Assembly: GCA_963765205.1 (NCBI GenBank)
Contig: CAVXVB010000008.1
Coordinates: forward strand, 384,001 to 448,000
DNA from: an uncultured Verrucomicrobiae bacterium
Lineage (GTDB): Bacteria > Verrucomicrobiota > Verrucomicrobiia > Opitutales > JABDGR01
DNA length: 64,000 nt
Direction of reading: 5' to 3'
Of this stretch, positions 59,649-64,000 are shown piece after piece (positions within the stretch are counted from its first letter, which is position 1; each line of letters begins with the position of its first letter). The position numbers and the translations under genes were made by a program. A model generated the notes under the pieces. That model saw nothing but the letters and a program-made list of their open reading frames with translations. It searched no databases and was not told the DNA's origin.

Positions 59649-59879
59649 ATGGGATATAAACGCAAGGGCGACAAAGGGGTATCCATTACCCTACCAGCAG
59701 AGCTTGTGGACTATATTGAAAAGCGAGCAAAGCGCATTAACGGGTCTAAGTCATGGTATGTCGCGGAAATTATTCGCGCGTGGGTGGATGCTGGCGGGAA
59801 GCCAATCGGAAGGCTGGATGAGAAAATGCAAAATGACGAAGATGGGCTTGGCAATCCACCGACTCAAAGTAAAAAGTGA
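59649..59879 (+). CDS. Ribbon-helix-helix (CopG/Arc-like) DNA-binding protein
   Basis: GVSITLPAELVDYIEKRA...SKSWYVAEII. Confidence 0.7.
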   Translation: MGYKRKGDKGVSITLPAELVDYIEKRAKRINGSKSWYVAEIIRAWVDAGGKPIGRLDEKMQNDEDGLGNPPTQSKK

Positions 59880-59886
59880 TATAAAG

Positions 59887-59940
59887 CTGGAGCTACCGGA
59901 GCTTATGAAGCTACTGAAGTAATTTAAGTTACCGGAGCTA
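59887..59940 (+). repeat. Six degenerate 9-bp tandem repeats
   Basis: CTGGAGCTA CCGGAGCTT ATGAAGCTA CTGAAGTAA TTTAAGTTA CCGGAGCTA. Confidence 0.65.
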
Positions 59941-60022
59941 GTTCGGGATAATCGTGAAACCGTCTTGTCATTCGGTAACGTTCCCGTATTTTCTCACTAT
60001 GCCCGATGATAGACTATAAGTA

Positions 60023-60643
60023 ATGACGAAGCTCGACCTCGAAACGGCGGAGCAGCTTTTGGCATTGAGGTTGAGGCGGTATGATGAATTGAAAGTGGAA
60101 ATTGCAAATGTGACTTCTCAAATTCAATCCTTAGTTGATGACATCGGTGCCGTTAAGTTAGAGCAGGCCAATCAACAAAATCTTGATGGCGGAACGCCTG
60201 CTAAAATTGAGCGTCCTGAAATCAAGACACCGGCCAATGATGCCGACATTCGAGGGCGTGAAAAATACGGGGCGGCGCGCAAGGCAATAATTGTCCTTTT
60301 GCGCGAACAGGGGCCGCGTTTAATAACAACGGAAAAAATGCAGGCGGAATTAAAAATTCCACCTTCTACATTATATCGAAACCTTACTGATTTGCAGGCG
60401 GATGGAGTTATTTCCAAAATTGGAAACGCATGGTGTTTTAGCGCAATGATAAGTTCGTCCCCTTCCAGCTATCAGGCATACATAAATGAGCTTACAAATC
60501 AAGGCTTCATCGCAAACGTAGATTTAACTGCATCACCCCCGGCAACCATTCCCTATACTTCCCCGAAACCCCCTAAGGCTCGGGGGCCTAACATTTCCAA
60601 CAAATTTAATATGCCTCCACAAAACGGCGCGGCAACCGGGTGA
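60023..60643 (+). CDS. Coiled-coil plus winged-HTH-like protein
   Basis: N-terminal heptad pattern; MQAELKIPPSTLYRNLTDLQADGVI. Confidence 0.6.
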   Translation: MTKLDLETAEQLLALRLRRYDELKVEIANVTSQIQSLVDDIGAVKLEQANQQNLDGGTPAKIERPEIKTPANDADIRGREKYGAARKAIIVLLREQGPRLITTEKMQAELKIPPSTLYRNLTDLQADGVISKIGNAWCFSAMISSSPSSYQAYINELTNQGFIANVDLTASPPATIPYTSPKPPKARGPNISNKFNMPPQNGAATG

Positions 60644-60773
60644 TCCCCACTTAAGCGCGCCTCTGCAAAGAAATAACCCCCTAACTCTGGCCCAACTTCG
60701 CGGGCGGAACCAGAAAGGGGGTCGGTAATCCCGAGGGGCCAGATTGCTCTGGCCGCTCGTTCTTTTCCAATTA

Positions 60774-60861
60774 GCCTATGTGGTGTAACTGGCAGCCACG
60801 TCCGCCTTGGGGGCGGTTGCCTGTGTGAGCAGGCGTGTGGGTTCGACCCCCACCATAGGCA
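60774..60861 (+). tRNA. Atypical type II tRNA: tRNA-Leu-like body with UGG (Pro) anticodon; CCA not encoded
   Basis: GCCTATG/CATAGGC acceptor stem, A73, D-arm GTG-TAACTGGCAGC-CAC, anticodon loop CT-TGG-GG, variable arm GCCTGT-GTGA-GCAGGC, T-arm GTGGG-TTCGACC-CCCAC. Confidence 0.8.
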
Positions 60862-60918
60862 TTTTTTATAGGATGACAAACAAAATTTTTAACCGAAAAC
60901 TTGAACGAAAATAAATTT

Positions 60919-61365
60919 ATGAAACTGGAGATTTTTACCCTTTGCGATGAAGCGCATGAAGCAAATGGAAAGCTCTATATCAATGGGGCATTCCAAAATC
61001 TTTTTTCGGCTGGCTTCCCATGTGTCCATCCAAGATTTTGTGTGGTCGCCCGCCTTAGATTTATTCCGATAGAGATTGGAGACCACGCCATCCAAGTTAC
61101 ATTCAAAAATGAAGACGGCAAAGATGTGCTATCTATCCCCGTAATTGAACAGAAGTTTTCGGTTCAAATACCCGAAGATAAAACCTCCATTGCCCTTCAC
61201 TGCATAATTCTTATTAACGCAACACAATTAGGGGCACCTGGAGAATACATGGTGGGTTTAGCCGTTGACCGTTTGGCCCAAGCAGAGCTTCCGTTGTATG
61301 TGTCTCAAATGCCCCCGCAAGCGCAATCGCCGGAGCCGCCTTCTGTTCACGACGGGCCGCATTAG
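60919..61365 (+). CDS. DUF6941-like protein
   Basis: LCDEA...NGKLYINGAF...FP..HP...PGEY.V. Confidence 0.65.
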   Translation: MKLEIFTLCDEAHEANGKLYINGAFQNLFSAGFPCVHPRFCVVARLRFIPIEIGDHAIQVTFKNEDGKDVLSIPVIEQKFSVQIPEDKTSIALHCIILINATQLGAPGEYMVGLAVDRLAQAELPLYVSQMPPQAQSPEPPSVHDGPH

Positions 61366-61432
61366 CCCTTTTTTGCTCTTCAAATTGGGAGGTTTGGCTC
61401 ATGGCAAAAATTTATCATAACCCATATTTTTG

Positions 61433-62401
61433 TCAACCCCCTATCGTAACTGAGGCGCAGGCTGGCTCCTTATACCGCAACCGCTTGCCTTCGATGTTTT
61501 GGAGTCCGGCAATCGTGCGCGCGCCGTCAGTCAACTTGCGGGTGTTATAGCGATGATCGAACTCTGCGAGGTAGAGCGGCAAATGCTTGAGGGAAACATG
61601 ATGGAAGGTGCCGACGATACCGCGCTTGAGCAGGCTGAAAAAGCCCTCCACAGTGTTTGTGTGAACGTCACCCCGGACATACTCCCCGGCAGAGTGATTG
61701 ACCCGCGCGTGCTTAAAGCCCTTGGCCGCGCGTGGGTAGGGCCGGAATTGGTCGGTATAGACCTTTGCGCCCTCCGCCACGTTGGCCTGAATAACCGCTT
61801 TGAGGTTGTTCCCGGTGACGCACGCCATGACGCGCGAGCGGGCCTTCCCGTCGCGCTGGACAAGCGAAACGACCGGAACCTTGTTGCCAGTGTAACGACG
61901 CCCCATGCCCTTTGTTTTGCCGCCAACGTAGGTTTCGTCAATTTCCACGGTGCCGTCAAACTTCTGCCCGTCTAGCACTGGGTCTTTGAGCGCGTGGCGG
62001 ATACGGTGAGCCATAAACAGGGCCGTGCGATAGCTGCCAAGGCCCAACACCCGTTGCAATTCCAACGCGGCAACGCCCTTCTTGGCCGACGCGAACAGAT
62101 ACCAGCCGATAAACCACTTGGACAGCGGGATATGGCTGTCCTCGAAAACCGTGCCGACGGTGACGGTGAACTGCTTGTTGCACGCGCCGCACTGAATCAG
62201 GCCGGGGCGAACCTTCTTGGCCGGGTTCGCGGCAATGCGCCATAGGCTGTCCTGCTTGGCGTTGCGGCAATGGGGGCAAACCGGGCCGCTGGGCCACCGG
62301 ATGGCCTCTAGGTAGGCGCGGGCCTTGTCCTCACTGTCGAAGTGCTGCATGATTTCCGGCAGCGTGAGCGTCTCTGGGACTGGATTGAGTTGCTTATTCA
62401 T
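61433..62401 (-). CDS. IS1595 (ISXO2-like) DDE transposase
   Basis: RWPSGPVCPHC...CGAC zinc ribbon, EIDETYVGG, YTD, VNHS, HTNTVEGFF, YLAEFD.RYN. Confidence 0.96.
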   Translation of the reverse strand: MNKQLNPVPETLTLPEIMQHFDSEDKARAYLEAIRWPSGPVCPHCRNAKQDSLWRIAANPAKKVRPGLIQCGACNKQFTVTVGTVFEDSHIPLSKWFIGWYLFASAKKGVAALELQRVLGLGSYRTALFMAHRIRHALKDPVLDGQKFDGTVEIDETYVGGKTKGMGRRYTGNKVPVVSLVQRDGKARSRVMACVTGNNLKAVIQANVAEGAKVYTDQFRPYPRAAKGFKHARVNHSAGEYVRGDVHTNTVEGFFSLLKRGIVGTFHHVSLKHLPLYLAEFDHRYNTRKLTDGARTIAGLQNIEGKRLRYKEPACASVTIGG

Positions 62402-62703
62402 GCCCTCAATATAGCATAGTTCAAACCTTTGTCAAGTGCATAATTCCGAATTTTTTGGGCGGCAAGGAATGTTTTGATTTTATTCTCGAAGCGCATATAC
62501 ATAATATACCTCTTTGTGTTCAACTAGGGATCCATCATGAAGGTGAACGGCTGAAGCAAAAAAATTTAATTTTTAAGAAATTTGATAAAAGGCTCCGCAA
62601 AACTGTTGGAGAACCGCATAAATATAAATCGATTATAGAAATGCAGTACGTCAGACCAATAAAGTCAAAGGATTCGCCATAAGCACTTTTGCCCTAAAGT
62701 GAA

Positions 62704-64000
62704 TCACTGAGGTAGCTTTTTACCGTCACGTAGATTTCTATACCATGTAAGCGCCAAGAGGGGCCAAGCCCATTGGTAGGAAGTATATTTCAAATAAAAA
62801 ATTCTCGGAAAGCCCGTTCCGGTAAACCATGGATAATGCCAGGAGCCGTCGGGGTGTTGGGTTTCTAACAGGTATTGGATGCCGCGTTCAATTGAAGGGC
62901 GGTCTAGTTTCGAGTTGGGGTCGGAGTCGGTAGTGGACGCGGCGCAAGCAAGTAAACCCAGCAAGGCCCAAGCCGTTTGGGAGGCGGTGGAGGGGTGGTG
63001 TAAGTTTTTAGTTTCTAGTTTTTGGTTTTTAGTTTCGGATTGGTCGGCAGCTTTTTCCATTTTCCATTTTCCATCTTCTATTATTTCCCCGTAACTCGGC
63101 AGTTCGCCGGTGGGGCCGGTGGGGGTTACTTGGAAAAACGGGGCGCCAGCGCCGCGGGTTTGGGGGTCGTGGTAGGTCCAGCAGGATTCGCCCCAGCCGC
63201 CGTCGGGGTTTTGCATTTTCTCCAGCCAGTCGCGGGCGCGCAGGACGCGGGGTTGGGTCATGTCTTCGCCGATGAGGGCGAGGCCGCGCAGGACGTGCGA
63301 GGTGCCGTAAATATAATTGACGCCCCAGCGGCCGAACCAGGAGCCGTCGGGTTCCTGGGTGCGCCAGACGAAGTCGAGGGCGCGCTGGACGAGGGGGTCG
63401 GCGCGGGAGTGGCCGGTTTTGGCGAGGGTTTCGAGGGCGCGGCCGGTGATGTCGCTGCAGGGGGGGTCGAGGATGGCGTTGTGGTCGGCGAAGGGTACTT
63501 GTTCGAGCCAAGGGGTGGTGAGGTCGCGGTCGAAGGCGGCGAATCCGCCTTCCTTACATTGGAAGGCGCGGCACCAGGCCATGGCGCGCTGGAGGGCGGC
63601 GGCGCGGCGGGGTTCGTCGGTGGCGCGGAGGACGCGGAGGGCGAGGACGACTTGGAAGGTGTCGTCCACGTCGGGGTAATACTCGTTGTTGAATTCGAAG
63701 GCCCAGCCGGCGGCGGTGGGGAAGGAGACGGTTTCGGCCCAGTCGCCTTTGATTTTGATTTCTCGGTCGAGGAGCCAGTCGGCGGTTTTTTGGAGGCGGG
63801 GGTCGGCGGCGGGGACGCCGGAGTCGGCGAGGCATTGGGCGATGATGGCGGTGTCCCAAACGGGGGAATAACAGGGGGCGACGCGGAGGTCGCCGGGGTC
63901 GCCGCGGACAAGGCCGTCGAAGTCGCGGGTTTCCTTGGCGAAGAGGGGGTGGTCTTTGAGGCCGAGGAGTTCGAGGGCGATGAGGGTGTTCAACATGCCG
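62704..64000 (-). CDS. shc: Squalene-hopene cyclase, 3' part (5' end outside window)
   Basis: SPVWDT, YYPDVDDT, QW repeats (QEPDGSW, QNPDGGW), GRWGVNYIYGT, STASQTAWA, GTGFP. Confidence 0.95.
   Translation of the reverse strand, partial: GMLNTLIALELLGLKDHPLFAKETRDFDGLVRGDPGDLRVAPCYSPVWDTAIIAQCLADSGVPAADPRLQKTADWLLDREIKIKGDWAETVSFPTAAGWAFEFNNEYYPDVDDTFQVVLALRVLRATDEPRRAAALQRAMAWCRAFQCKEGGFAAFDRDLTTPWLEQVPFADHNAILDPPCSDITGRALETLAKTGHSRADPLVQRALDFVWRTQEPDGSWFGRWGVNYIYGTSHVLRGLALIGEDMTQPRVLRARDWLEKMQNPDGGWGESCWTYHDPQTRGAGAPFFQVTPTGPTGELPSYGEIIEDGKWKMEKAADQSETKNQKLETKNLHHPSTASQTAWALLGLLACAASTTDSDPNSKLDRPSIERGIQYLLETQHPDGSWHYPWFTGTGFPRIFYLKYTSYQWAWPLLALTWYRNLRDGKKLPQ

Larger units (their letters stand above)
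59424..62448 (-). mobile_element. IS1595-family element with passenger genes (3025 bp)
   Basis: TIRs CGGAATTATGCACTT(C/G)ACAAAGG at 59424-59446 and 62426-62448 (1 mismatch); perfect 8-bp TSD AATTTTTT at 59416-59423 and 62449-62456. Confidence 0.95.

Noticed and set aside
60676..60725. Twister ribozyme
   Set aside because: The CCUAAC start is similar, but the conserved core and pseudoknot pairings could not be found
62455..62682. Small AT-rich ORF next to the IS
   Set aside because: TTG start overlaps the TSD and no motif is recognised; it may be a gene remnant cut by the insertion but cannot be supported

Overview
GC-rich bacterial chromosome segment, probably Verrucomicrobiota (inferred from the DUF1592/DUF1552 pair, the TPR style and the intergenic heptamer repeats). 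(1) 1-2984: two HupE/UreJ genes, a lipoprotein flanked by inverted repeats, a VOC protein and tRNA-Gly(CCC). (2) 2985-14614: an 11.6-kb island integrated at the tRNA-Gly 3' end, with a 30-bp att duplication and paired arm-type sites. It encodes a tyrosine integrase, an excisionase-like protein, an HUH rolling-circle Rep and an SSB-like protein, but no recognisable virion or conjugation genes. Its cargo is a type IIG-like R-M fusion, DUF2726, a DUF1496-like protein and DUF2235. (3) 14.7-47.6 kb: a J-domain/STT3-like/TPR fusion, then a carbohydrate-degradation region (GH31, GH3, esterase, two PL22-like, two GH2, GH39, DUF1080-ThuA) interspersed with toxin-antitoxin pairs. (4) 47.6-59.2 kb: mostly housekeeping genes (Nif3, aroQ, pgsA, coaD, RNA methyltransferases, HNH, HicBA). 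(5) 59424-62448: an intact IS1595-family element (23-bp TIRs, 8-bp TSD) with passenger genes. (6) The 3' part of shc. The most striking observation is a tRNA gene inside the IS1595 element with a tRNA-Leu body but a proline (UGG) anticodon, a candidate mobile Pro-to-Leu mistranslating tRNA. Four genes have single-base +1 frameshifts that look like sequencing errors. All family calls come from motif recognition by eye; no database searches were run.
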